A DNA stretch of 64,000 bases, from IMG/VR virus record IMGVR_UViG_3300043446_003110. One strand, written 5' to 3'. This stretch comes from a virus. This document shows, piece by piece, positions 8,705 through 16,523 of this stretch (the stretch's first letter is position 1; every line of letters starts with the position of its first letter). The translations under genes were made by a program, and so were the position numbers. The notes under the pieces are model-generated. The model had not been told where the DNA came from. It saw only the letters and a program-made list of their open reading frames with translations, and made no database searches.

Positions 8705-9027
8705 TGGTTAAAATTCGTTTGGTTACTTTTTACGAAGTCCCAAATTGTTGGAACATAACCAATGATGAAGATGATAGGGATCTTGATGTTCAATTGGGCG
8801 AATATGTTTTTGACAATATTGATAACATTACCGCTCCCGGTTTTGAGATAGAAGATTTTGAGATTCCAGATAATCTGACTATGGATTCAAACAAGGAGTT
8901 TGTTGTGGATATTTGTCAGGGGCGATCTTTTAACGCTTGGAATGAGGCTGGAGTTGATTTTGGGTCAGAATATTACCAAAATTGGATCTTTTTCAAGAAC
9001 AAAGAAAACTCTTGGGAAGAATTTTGA
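8704..9027 (+). CDS. cassette-like acidic hypothetical protein
   Basis: Starts in the junction repeat. Confidence 0.75.
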   Translation: MVKIRLVTFYEVPNCWNITNDEDDRDLDVQLGEYVFDNIDNITAPGFEIEDFEIPDNLTMDSNKEFVVDICQGRSFNAWNEAGVDFGSEYYQNWIFFKNKENSWEEF

Positions 9028-9039
9028 GGAGAATAACTA

Positions 9040-9258
9040 ATGACTAATTACTGGATTGAAAAAACTGAAATTTTTGTGTATAACGACGATCAGCAAAATT
9101 TGAATGATCACAACTATAATCGTCTTATGAATCATTTATGTGGTCATGAATTTGGTAAGTTTTTGGCCCAAATAGGATTGACTAGACAAGATTCTATTAA
9201 ATTTCTGATTGACTCTTTAACATACGTTAATGATCAAAATAACGAATTTAATACCTAA
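9040..9258 (+). CDS. cassette-like hypothetical protein
   Basis: Flanked by junction repeats. Confidence 0.7.
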   Translation: MTNYWIEKTEIFVYNDDQQNLNDHNYNRLMNHLCGHEFGKFLAQIGLTRQDSIKFLIDSLTYVNDQNNEFNT

Positions 9259-9275
9259 TATTTGGAGAATAACTA

Positions 9276-9527
9276 ATGACAGATACAGAATTTCTAGAAT
9301 GGTTAATTGACCGACTAGTTGATGTTTATGGAGAAAATCCTAATGTAGATTTTATTCATAGATTGAGAAAAATTGCTACTAAATCAGAGAATAAAACAAT
9401 GAACATCTCGCTAGAAGAACTTAAAAATTTAATAATGAAGTATGATCTTATGGAGGGAGAATATCCTGAAAGTAGTTATGAGGGACTAAGCGTGTACGAG
9501 TTTATATGTCAAGAACTAGGTAATTAA
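9276..9527 (+). CDS. cassette-like hypothetical protein
   Basis: Starts in the junction repeat. Confidence 0.7.
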   Translation: MTDTEFLEWLIDRLVDVYGENPNVDFIHRLRKIATKSENKTMNISLEELKNLIMKYDLMEGEYPESSYEGLSVYEFICQELGN

Positions 9528-9602
9528 GTCTGATATTAATAATGACTTGTTCGATGCGAATTACTTTAATCTTCTAAAAAAAACTTTTCATAAGAATAAC
9601 TA

Positions 9603-9812
9603 ATGGGAATTTTTACAGAAAATGAAGAAGAGTTCAAAAAGAAGGCTAATATTGAACTCTATAATAAACTAAGAGCAAAAGGCTTAGAGCCTAATGAGAT
9701 TGCCAAGATTATTGGCACTGATGCCGCCAGAGAGGGTTATGATGCCCAAAATGGTTGGGATGGTCATTGGGCTGGATGGCGTTATATCAAAGGTGGTTTG
9801 GAGAATAACTAA
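9603..9812 (+). CDS. cassette-like hypothetical protein ending LENN*
   Basis: Flanked by junction repeats. Confidence 0.7.
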   Translation: MGIFTENEEEFKKKANIELYNKLRAKGLEPNEIAKIIGTDAAREGYDAQNGWDGHWAGWRYIKGGLENN

Positions 9813-9934
9813 TGAAACTAACTAAAGAGGATATTATAGTATACTCACTATTGATTTTGGGATTTTTGTTTTTTGTAGTAATTGGGCCAATAGGTTTGAG
9901 CAGTATGATATGTGAATATTTGGAGAAGAATTAA
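9812..9934 (+). CDS. 40-aa single-TM microprotein ending LEKN*; not in ORF track
   Basis: MKLTKEDIIVYSLLILGFLFFVVIGPIGLSSMICEYLEKN; flanked by repeats. Confidence 0.65.
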   Translation: MKLTKEDIIVYSLLILGFLFFVVIGPIGLSSMICEYLEKN

Positions 9935-10062
9935 TGTATTTTAATTTTGACCTAAAAGGACTAATACCAGCACTCTTAGTTATGACAGTATTTTCTATCA
10001 TGGGAATATGGAAAACGATAGAAGTTATTGTTTGGTTGATTAACCATATACGAATAGTCTAA
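9934..10062 (+). CDS. 42-aa membrane microprotein; not in ORF track
   Basis: MYFNFDLKGLIPALLVMTVFSIMGIWKTIEVIVWLINHIRIV; starts in a repeat variant. Confidence 0.6.
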   Translation: MYFNFDLKGLIPALLVMTVFSIMGIWKTIEVIVWLINHIRIV

Positions 10063-10132
10063 GTGGTGTGTATTATATCGTGGATACCAGGTTTCAGATA
10101 CTTTGCAGCAACAATCAAATAAGGAGAACAAA

Positions 10133-10438
10133 ATGAAATATTTTTTTGCTATAATCATGACAGTTTTGAGTTTTAACAGTACGGTAAATGCTGAAGGTTT
10201 GGTATTTAATTTTCCTCACTCGCCGTATGTTACTGTTACTGGAAATGGTAATGACGTTGCATTATTTGTGGAACGATATCAAGATATTCTTTGGCCGGAT
10301 TGGCGAGATGATGACAAATATGCTAGAGAAATGATAACTAATCTGAGAAATATTAGACGTACTGGCAAAGCGACTGTATATTATGGTGACGATAAGAGTC
10401 AACGAGCAGTTGAACTTGCTAGTCTGGTAATAAATTAA
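10133..10438 (+). CDS. secreted hypothetical protein
   Basis: Signal peptide MKYFFAIIMTVLSFNSTVNA; AAGGAG SD. Confidence 0.7.
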   Translation: MKYFFAIIMTVLSFNSTVNAEGLVFNFPHSPYVTVTGNGNDVALFVERYQDILWPDWRDDDKYAREMITNLRNIRRTGKATVYYGDDKSQRAVELASLVIN

Positions 10439-10471
10439 ATATTTTAAGGAATAAGAATAAGAATATAAATT

Positions 10472-10993
10472 ATGAGCATAAAATGTGTAGCATTTGATTG
10501 TTTTGGTACAGTATTTGATATGAAAGATATATCAAACAATGAAATATGTAAATATATTAATCATATAATTAAGCAAGATTATTCGCCTTACTCCTTTCCC
10601 AATAGTTGGTATAACTTAAAAAGTCACCCTGACAGTGCGGAAGGTATTAAACTGTTACAAGAACACGGTTATTTTTGTGTAGCACTAAGTAATGGGTCAT
10701 ATGATCTAATCAAAAGAGTATCAGAATCTAATAATATCTATTGGGATCATATTGTGGACTTGAACAAGCATAAAGTCTACAAGCCACATTTTGATGCTTA
10801 TAAAACTATAGAAAAAGATACAAACTTTAAACCATTAGAAACACTAATGGTAACTGCTAATCCTAAATTTGGAGATATTGAAGGAGCCAGAAATATTAAT
10901 ATGCGTAGTGCAATTATTAGACATGGCTATCTTAATACAATACCAGAGTTAGTTGGATATATTAAAAATCTTGAGGATTTGGAGAACAAATGA
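10472..10993 (+). CDS. HAD-superfamily hydrolase (haloacid dehalogenase type II-like)
   Basis: AFDCFGTVFD, ALSNG, YKPH, LMVTAN..GDIEGA. Confidence 0.85.
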   Translation: MSIKCVAFDCFGTVFDMKDISNNEICKYINHIIKQDYSPYSFPNSWYNLKSHPDSAEGIKLLQEHGYFCVALSNGSYDLIKRVSESNNIYWDHIVDLNKHKVYKPHFDAYKTIEKDTNFKPLETLMVTANPKFGDIEGARNINMRSAIIRHGYLNTIPELVGYIKNLEDLENK

Positions 10994-11196
10994 AAGATAA
11001 AGTTACAATGTATAATAATCCACAAGAATGGCTTAAAAAACCTCTTGTTATTAGATTAGAAGAACTAAGAAAAGCAAATTGTACTGGCCCTTGTGGTCAA
11101 TCTATGTTTACTATGAATAAAAGAAGTAGTGAAAATCAAACTCTTACTGAGGCCATAGAGTTAATTACTCACTATTTAAATGAGAAAATCGGCTAA
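10990..11196 (+). CDS. hypothetical protein
   Basis: Starts in a repeat variant. Confidence 0.65.
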   Translation: MKDKVTMYNNPQEWLKKPLVIRLEELRKANCTGPCGQSMFTMNKRSSENQTLTEAIELITHYLNEKIG

Positions 11197-11205
11197 AGTC
11201 TGCTA

Positions 11206-11234
11206 TTGACAACTGCCGATGTTAGATGTATACT
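11206..11234 (+). promoter_or_regulatory. sigma70-like promoter
   Basis: TTGACA-17-TATACT with GCCGAT in spacer. Confidence 0.8.
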
Positions 11235-11251
11235 TACTGAGTAAATGCGGT

Positions 11252-11336
11252 GGCGAATGTAGTTTAATTGGAAAAACAATTTTCACACAATCGAATAATG
11301 TGATCAGTATTGATGGTTCAACTCCATCCATTCGCC
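11252..11336 (+). ncRNA. tRNA-like element (His-like 8-bp acceptor) with aberrant anticodon arm
   Basis: GGCGAATG/CATTCGCC, D arm GTTT/AAAC, T arm GATGG-TTCAACT-CCATC; the central region is ~11 nt too long and has no canonical 7-nt anticodon loop. Confidence 0.7.
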
Positions 11337-11357
11337 CTTAAATTTGGAGAATAAATA

Positions 11358-11573
11358 ATGAGTTTCTGGACAGGTTTCTTTAGTTTATTCGATTGGATGG
11401 TTCCTAAAAGTCTAGATGAAAGTCTCTGTGATCTTGACAACAATATGCAAGAGTTGTATGATCGTATGGGGTGGGGAATTTATCATCATCCGTTTGAGCA
11501 AGAGGAAAGACAAAGACAAAACGCATTGTATGATAATCCCACAGAATCACAAAAGAGTTGGTTTAAGGAATAG
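11358..11573 (+). CDS. cassette-like hypothetical protein
   Basis: Starts in the junction repeat. Confidence 0.7.
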   Translation: MSFWTGFFSLFDWMVPKSLDESLCDLDNNMQELYDRMGWGIYHHPFEQEERQRQNALYDNPTESQKSWFKE

Positions 11574-11597
11574 TGTAAATTTTCAGATCAACTAACT

Positions 11598-11798
11598 ATG
11601 GATGAATACTATTATGCACAATCTGGCAGAGTTGACCAAGAAAGAAACTATTGGACTAAATTAAAACAACTAGCATCAGAAGATAATATTGTAGAATTTT
11701 ATAAGCTGTATGCAAAATACTTAGAATGGAATAATGTCCTATCCAACGATAGAAAAACAATTCATAAAATGGCTAAAAAAGTAGCGGAGAATAACTAA
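11598..11798 (+). CDS. cassette-like hypothetical protein ending AENN*
   Basis: Ends in the junction repeat. Confidence 0.7.
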   Translation: MDEYYYAQSGRVDQERNYWTKLKQLASEDNIVEFYKLYAKYLEWNNVLSNDRKTIHKMAKKVAENN

Positions 11799-12091
11799 TG
11801 AAATACAAAATTTTATTATTATTGGTTTTTTGTTTTATTGGATGCAATAGTCCAAATCCAAACCAAAAATTATACAAATATTCTGTTAAATTAACTAGAC
11901 CAGACGGAGTTGTTCACAAAACTTTTATTATAGAAAGTACGGAACAACCTATGGTTAATTCCACCAATGGAGGGCATTCAAAGTTTTTCGAAGCAGAAAA
12001 ATATAATGGAAAATGGACAGGACGATGGAACAGTCATTTGGCTCCTGTTGGTTGGCTTGTTGAAATTGAACCTTTAGTGGAGAATAACTAA
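11798..12091 (+). CDS. predicted lipoprotein, cassette-like, ending VENN*
   Basis: MKYKILLLLVFCFIG-C lipobox-like; flanked by repeats. Confidence 0.7.
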   Translation: MKYKILLLLVFCFIGCNSPNPNQKLYKYSVKLTRPDGVVHKTFIIESTEQPMVNSTNGGHSKFFEAEKYNGKWTGRWNSHLAPVGWLVEIEPLVENN

Positions 12092-12261
12092 TGAATGAAA
12101 CTTATCAAAGTTACAAAGGCGACACTTTTATCTTTCATCTATTTGATGAGAAGGATACTATTAGGATTGGTCTTGCTAGTAGTTTGGTTTATCCTTCAGT
12201 GAATAGGTATGAACTAAGGGAGTTAGCCGATTTTATCCTTCAATATTTGGAGAATAACTAA
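12091..12261 (+). CDS. 56-aa cassette-like protein ending LENN*; not in ORF track
   Basis: MNETYQSYKGDTF...FILQYLENN; flanked by repeats. Confidence 0.7.
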   Translation: MNETYQSYKGDTFIFHLFDEKDTIRIGLASSLVYPSVNRYELRELADFILQYLENN

Positions 12262-12286
12262 TCGGGAAATCCTCTAAAGTCTACAC

Positions 12287-12314
12287 TTGACAAATGACGA
12301 TAGTGTGTTATGAT
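12287..12314 (+). promoter_or_regulatory. sigma70-like promoter
   Basis: TTGACA-16-TATGAT with GACGAT in spacer. Confidence 0.7.
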
Positions 12315-12422
12315 GACCTAATACAAAATTGAAGGAAGCGTAGGTAATCATTCTTACTAAACTGTGGACTGGAGTTCCCCGCAGATAAATCATTCTACAA
12401 AGTAGAAAAAAGACTCCACCAA

Positions 12423-12496
12423 CTAGGTGTAGTTCAACTTGGCAGAACGCTTGCTTTGGGAGCAAGAGGCTGAGGGTTCAAATCCCTCCATCTAGA
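12423..12496 (+). tRNA. tRNA-Pro(TGG)
   Basis: Acceptor CTAGGTG/CATCTAG, anticodon arm CTTGC-TTTGGGA-GCAAG, T arm GAGGGTTCAAATCCCTC. Confidence 0.92.
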
Positions 12497-12519
12497 TTTA
12501 GATTTATAAGGAAATACCA

Positions 12520-12735
12520 ATGATACTAGACTCTAATAACAAAGATCATCATAAATATAGAATTTTTGATGCTAATGGAATAGAATTAAAATATTTGATT
12601 ATGGCAGATACCGAGTCAGGAGCCATCATTAGGTGCGTGTTAACTAGTGATGGAAAATTGCAAAAAGATCACAATAACGATATTATAGTAGAAACCACCA
12701 GTGTGCCAGCACCACTAAAATATTTAGCAGAATAA
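12520..12735 (+). CDS. hypothetical protein
   Basis: AAGGA SD. Confidence 0.65.
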   Translation: MILDSNNKDHHKYRIFDANGIELKYLIMADTESGAIIRCVLTSDGKLQKDHNNDIIVETTSVPAPLKYLAE

Positions 12736-12741
12736 TTTGTC

Positions 12742-12894
12742 ATGAATATGACCACAACACATAAACTAGTAATAGCATATTCTAGTGCCACTATATTTAT
12801 ATGTTCTATGTTAGTATGGGATGATCCTCTAATCGGTATGTTGTCTAGTGGATTTTTGTTAGGATTTTTATGTAATGAAATGTTTGGAGAATAA
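12742..12894 (+). CDS. ~50-aa membrane microprotein ending FGE* in the junction repeat; not in ORF track
   Basis: Hydrophobic ORF terminated by the first TAA of the repeat. Confidence 0.55.
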   Translation: MNMTTTHKLVIAYSSATIFICSMLVWDDPLIGMLSSGFLLGFLCNEMFGE

Positions 12895-12897
12895 CTA

Positions 12898-13224
12898 ATG
12901 AGTAATTTTGTAGATGAACAAGTTATTGAGCAACCGGCTTCGTTTGAGAAGGAGTTGTGCGACCTTATTAACAAACACAGTATGGAGAGGTTTAGTAACA
13001 CGCCCGATTGGGTGTTGGCTCGCCTTCTCGTAAGAACGCTGGACGCTTATGCGTCTGCTGTTCCGTGGATTAGCCCTTCCGTAAACGAGGTAGTTAAGGC
13101 TCAGTCTTATTATGACAAATATTGGGCGGCTGAAAATGAATTAACCGCTACTAGAGATGAATTGGATAGAATAAAAGAGATTGTTAAACAAAATAACCTA
13201 TCATTAGATTTGGAGAATAACTAA
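12898..13224 (+). CDS. cassette-like hypothetical protein ending LENN*
   Basis: Flanked by repeats; LINKHSMERFSNTPDWVLA motif; 5' part visibly more GC-rich. Confidence 0.75.
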   Translation: MSNFVDEQVIEQPASFEKELCDLINKHSMERFSNTPDWVLARLLVRTLDAYASAVPWISPSVNEVVKAQSYYDKYWAAENELTATRDELDRIKEIVKQNNLSLDLENN

Positions 13225-13433
13225 TGAGTTCTGACGAACTTATAAAAACCCTATATCAAATCAGCGATAGTTTTAAAGAAACTAGTTTGTGGCCTACTAT
13301 TAGGCTAATTGGTAGTCTTATTATTCTTGGTGTTTTTGTTATTTGTTATATTGTTCTTGATCTTTGGGAAGCATACATACTAAGGAAAATTCTTAAAAGG
13401 ATAACTAATGAATCCCCTACAACAAGCCACTAA
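13224..13433 (+). CDS. single-TM protein, paralog of 14034..14240
   Basis: MSSDELIKTLYQISDSF; starts in repeat. Confidence 0.75.
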   Translation: MSSDELIKTLYQISDSFKETSLWPTIRLIGSLIILGVFVICYIVLDLWEAYILRKILKRITNESPTTSH

Positions 13434-13605
13434 AACTTGGATAGAATCTGTTCAAAAGTTTTATGAAAATACTCCTAAGAATGAACTGACCCAAATTTAT
13501 ATGAGGGGCTATTGGGCTGGTTGGAGTGAGCGACAAATATTGGAATTGGCCGAAAATCTACTAAAGAATGAACAGGATTATCCTTTGTATAGGGAGAATG
13601 AATAA
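13408..13605 (+). CDS. cassette-like hypothetical protein ending RENE*
   Basis: Flanked by degenerate repeats. Confidence 0.65.
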   Translation: MNPLQQATKTWIESVQKFYENTPKNELTQIYMRGYWAGWSERQILELAENLLKNEQDYPLYRENE

Positions 13606-14033
13606 TGAAAGTTCATGTTGTGATTGATTATCCGGGTGTTGATCCAGATAGTGAAGAAGCAGATAATATTGTTGAGTGTTTGGAAATGGACTTGACCGAA
13701 TTTGGTGAAGATTATGGTCATATTTGGTATATTGATGATGCTACGGAGGACTAATGAAAAACTCTTTAACATTTAGTTTTGTTCATTTTAGTTTTTATTT
13801 CAGTGTGTTACTGGGAACAATAATGAACCTTATGGATAAAGATAAAGCACAATATAGTTTTCCTCCTAATATGGGATGGATTATTATATTAGGTTTTTTG
13901 TGTCTTATTTATAGGGATAATAACTAATGGAAAATCAACCAGTGAGCAATTTTAGATATTATCTATTGATATCGTGTTTAGTATCAATTATTATACTGTT
14001 AACTAATATAGTTCTAATTTTGGAGAATAAATA

Positions 14034-14240
14034 ATGAGTTCTAACGAACTTATAATCACACTATATCAGATTGGCGATAGTTTTAATAATGAGCCTATCT
14101 GGCCTTTTATTGAGCGTATGATCGGTTTAATTTTGCTAGGATGTTGTGTTGTAACTTACGTCTATCTGACAATTAGAGAATCTTATACAATAAGACTAAT
14201 AAACAAAATAAGGACAATAACTAATGGAAACCCTAATTAA
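14034..14240 (+). CDS. single-TM protein, paralog of 13224..13433
   Basis: MSSNELIITLYQIGDSF; starts in repeat. Confidence 0.75.
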   Translation: MSSNELIITLYQIGDSFNNEPIWPFIERMIGLILLGCCVVTYVYLTIRESYTIRLINKIRTITNGNPN

Positions 14241-14387
14241 CTATCTATTTGGTCGCATGGGCAAAAGAACTTGTCCAATCATCGCTATACATCATATATT
14301 TAATACTGGTTTTGATTCTCCTTGGCGAGAATGGTATGAGATCTCTTTTAAGGATGGAAGCAAAGTTGAACTTATTGAGAAACCAAA

Positions 14388-14669
14388 ATGATCAAAATTA
14401 AAAGACTACTAAGTTATGGTGGGGCTTGTCCATACCAACTAGAAGCAATAACAAGTGATGATAAGTGGCTTTATATTCGCTATCGTCATGGTGTGTTGAG
14501 TTATGTTGTGGCAAATAGTGAAAAAGAATGGATGGATAATGATTGTATAGACTATAATTATAGTGAAGCAATCGGAGATAGTTTGGATGGCTATGCGGAT
14601 CACGACTTGATTTTTCCTCATCTGTGTGATAAGATAGACTTTCCAGAAAATTTCAGATTGGAGTCTTAA
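14388..14669 (+). CDS. hypothetical phage protein
   Basis: ACPYQLE..LYIRYRHG motif. Confidence 0.7.
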   Translation: MIKIKRLLSYGGACPYQLEAITSDDKWLYIRYRHGVLSYVVANSEKEWMDNDCIDYNYSEAIGDSLDGYADHDLIFPHLCDKIDFPENFRLES

Positions 14670-14683
14670 AGGAGTTAGTAGAC

Positions 14684-14911
14684 ATGAATAAACCTAACGA
14701 AAAACAAAGAGCAATTATTAAATTTTTTCTGAAACAACTAAGTTTTTGGGAGAATACTAATGATATAAATTCACCAACTCACCTTACTGATATTGGTGAA
14801 GAATCTTATTATCTGAATGATCATTTATCACCAGAAACTATTAATGATGTAGAACACGTTACAGTACAAATGTATCAAGTAATAAGAAATACCGGGCCTT
14901 TTGGATTTTAA
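14684..14911 (+). CDS. hypothetical protein
   Basis: AAGGAG SD. Confidence 0.65.
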   Translation: MNKPNEKQRAIIKFFLKQLSFWENTNDINSPTHLTDIGEESYYLNDHLSPETINDVEHVTVQMYQVIRNTGPFGF

Positions 14912-14923
14912 CTCAAGCGACAG

Positions 14924-14951
14924 TTGACAACTACCGATAACATGGTAGAAT
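14924..14951 (+). promoter_or_regulatory. sigma70-like promoter
   Basis: TTGACA-16-TAGAAT with ACCGAT in spacer. Confidence 0.7.
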
Positions 14952-15169
14952 ACCACTATGGTACACGCTTACAAATACCCTTGGAATATAAGTATGAATT
15001 ACTATATTGAAAAGCATGATATGGAAATTATTCTGGATGCGTTGGAAACTTTGCACAACAGAATGAAAACTCGTCAAGATTTCGGTTTGCCAAATGACAA
15101 GACATTTTCTATCGAAGATGTTGATGGTCTTTTTCAGAGTTTTGACAACAGTTTTGCAGAGGATAGCAA

Positions 15170-15595
15170 ATGAAACAGAATATTATGAAACAATGGGTCA
15201 AGGCTCTTAGGAGCGGCAAATATAAGCAGGGTAAGGGAACTCTCAAGCAATATGATAGCAAGGGAAACGCACAGCATTGTTGTTTGGGCGTTCTTTGTGA
15301 ATTGTATAATCAGGAAATGAAAAAGAGTAAGAAAAAGACTCTGCCAGAAAAGATCTATAATAAGGATTTTCCTAATGGGTGTACAAAATTTGGAAACAAA
15401 TTAGATGATTTGCCTGTGGAGGTTAGGAAATGGGCAGGAATGAAAAATAGTATGGGTGAATTCTATACAGGAATAACTTGGTTTGGTGATTATGAGGTAG
15501 AAAAAATAAGAGAAAGTCTTGCTGATCTAAATGATACCGGACGAAAGTTTAAAACTATTGCTGGTATTATAGAGAAAAACTGGGAAGTTTTGTGA
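15170..15595 (+). CDS. conserved phage protein
   Basis: WVKALRSGKYKQG..CCLGVLCEL..LNDTG..F..IA pattern. Confidence 0.75.
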   Translation: MKQNIMKQWVKALRSGKYKQGKGTLKQYDSKGNAQHCCLGVLCELYNQEMKKSKKKTLPEKIYNKDFPNGCTKFGNKLDDLPVEVRKWAGMKNSMGEFYTGITWFGDYEVEKIRESLADLNDTGRKFKTIAGIIEKNWEVL

Positions 15596-15772
15596 TGATT
15601 AATCCAGTAATCTATACAGACGATGGTGGACTAACTTATCGTATAGAATTTGAGCGAACAAAAGATAACATACATTTTGAACATTACAAAACTGTGAAGT
15701 ATTTGTCTTTAGTTGATTTGATGAAGTTGCGAAATAATATAGATAAGATTACTATTAAATTTAGGAATCCAA

Positions 15773-16045
15773 ATGACAACAATAACTGAACAAGTTGCAT
15801 CTTATATTTATGATCCGTCTGTTCCTTATGGAACTTATAATGTATTTGCTTGTTATGAAAGTCTAGAGGATTATGATAATCGTAATGTAGATTATTATGA
15901 TCTTTATGATAAGAGCGGATTGTGTGTGAATAAGGGCGATCCTTTTTATGATTTACCAACATGGAAAGAGGTTTATGAACACTACTATCTTCCATCTATT
16001 AGCGAAGCAACCGAAGATCATCCTAGAGACTTGAAGTTTGTATGA
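15773..16045 (+). CDS. hypothetical protein
   Basis: AGGA SD, operon context. Confidence 0.65.
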   Translation: MTTITEQVASYIYDPSVPYGTYNVFACYESLEDYDNRNVDYYDLYDKSGLCVNKGDPFYDLPTWKEVYEHYYLPSISEATEDHPRDLKFV

Positions 16046-16387
16046 CTAAAGAAGAAAGATTCGCAGTAAGTTGGTGTTACAGTAGGGCTATGGATTATGT
16101 GGAAAAGTATAGTCCCACTAAAAATCCATATGAACATCACACTGGCCCACTTGATCTTATAGTAGATGGTGTTAACATTACTCAAACAATTAAGGAATTG
16201 CTAAATGACTCCTCATCCACTTGATGTTGTTGGAGCTTATATTGAAGATGCTAGTAAATATGGCTTGACCGCAGAAGTTGTACTGTATGCATTACAATAT
16301 ATGAAAGCTAATCCAGATAGCACCATAGAAGATGCTATGAACTACGGTTATTTTGAATGGGTTAAATGACAAAGATGAATTAAATTT

Positions 16388-16461
16388 GCCCCAATAGCTC
16401 AATTGCATAGAGCAAATCACTTCTAATGATTAGGTTACAGGTTGGAGTCCTGTTTGGGGTA
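16388..16461 (+). tRNA. tRNA-Arg(TCT) with C19/G56 swap
   Basis: Acceptor GCCCCAA/TTGGGGT, anticodon arm AATCA-CTTCTAA-TGATT, T loop TTGGAGT, D loop AATTGCATA. Confidence 0.88.
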
Positions 16462-16472
16462 CTTAAACAATA

Positions 16473-16523
16473 ATGTGTATATCTGGATAGAACATTAGAT
16501 TCTATCCAAGGAGATATATACAT
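16473..16523 (+). promoter_or_regulatory. RBS/start-sequestering hairpin containing a GTGTATA motif, upstream of HNH
   Basis: ATGTGTATATCT/AGATATATACAT and GGATAGAA/TTCTATCC pairings enclose AAGGAG and reach the ATG. Confidence 0.75.

Larger units (their letters stand above)
8427..14226 (+). repeat. dispersed ~17-bp gene-junction repeat TTGGAGAATAACTAATG (about 20 exact or degenerate copies)
   Basis: Near-exact copies at 8427, 8690, 9026, 9262, 9798, 11344, 11786, 12078, 12247, 12884, 13210, 14020; degenerate at 9593, 9920, 10122, 10979, 13399, 13593, 13914, 14212. Confidence 0.92.

Noticed and set aside
8427-14240. CRISPR array or integron attC interpretation of the junction repeats
   Set aside because: Spacers are 120-500+ bp, variable and protein-coding; the repeat is 17 bp, non-palindromic and lacks attC R/L boxes; no cas or intI genes in the window.
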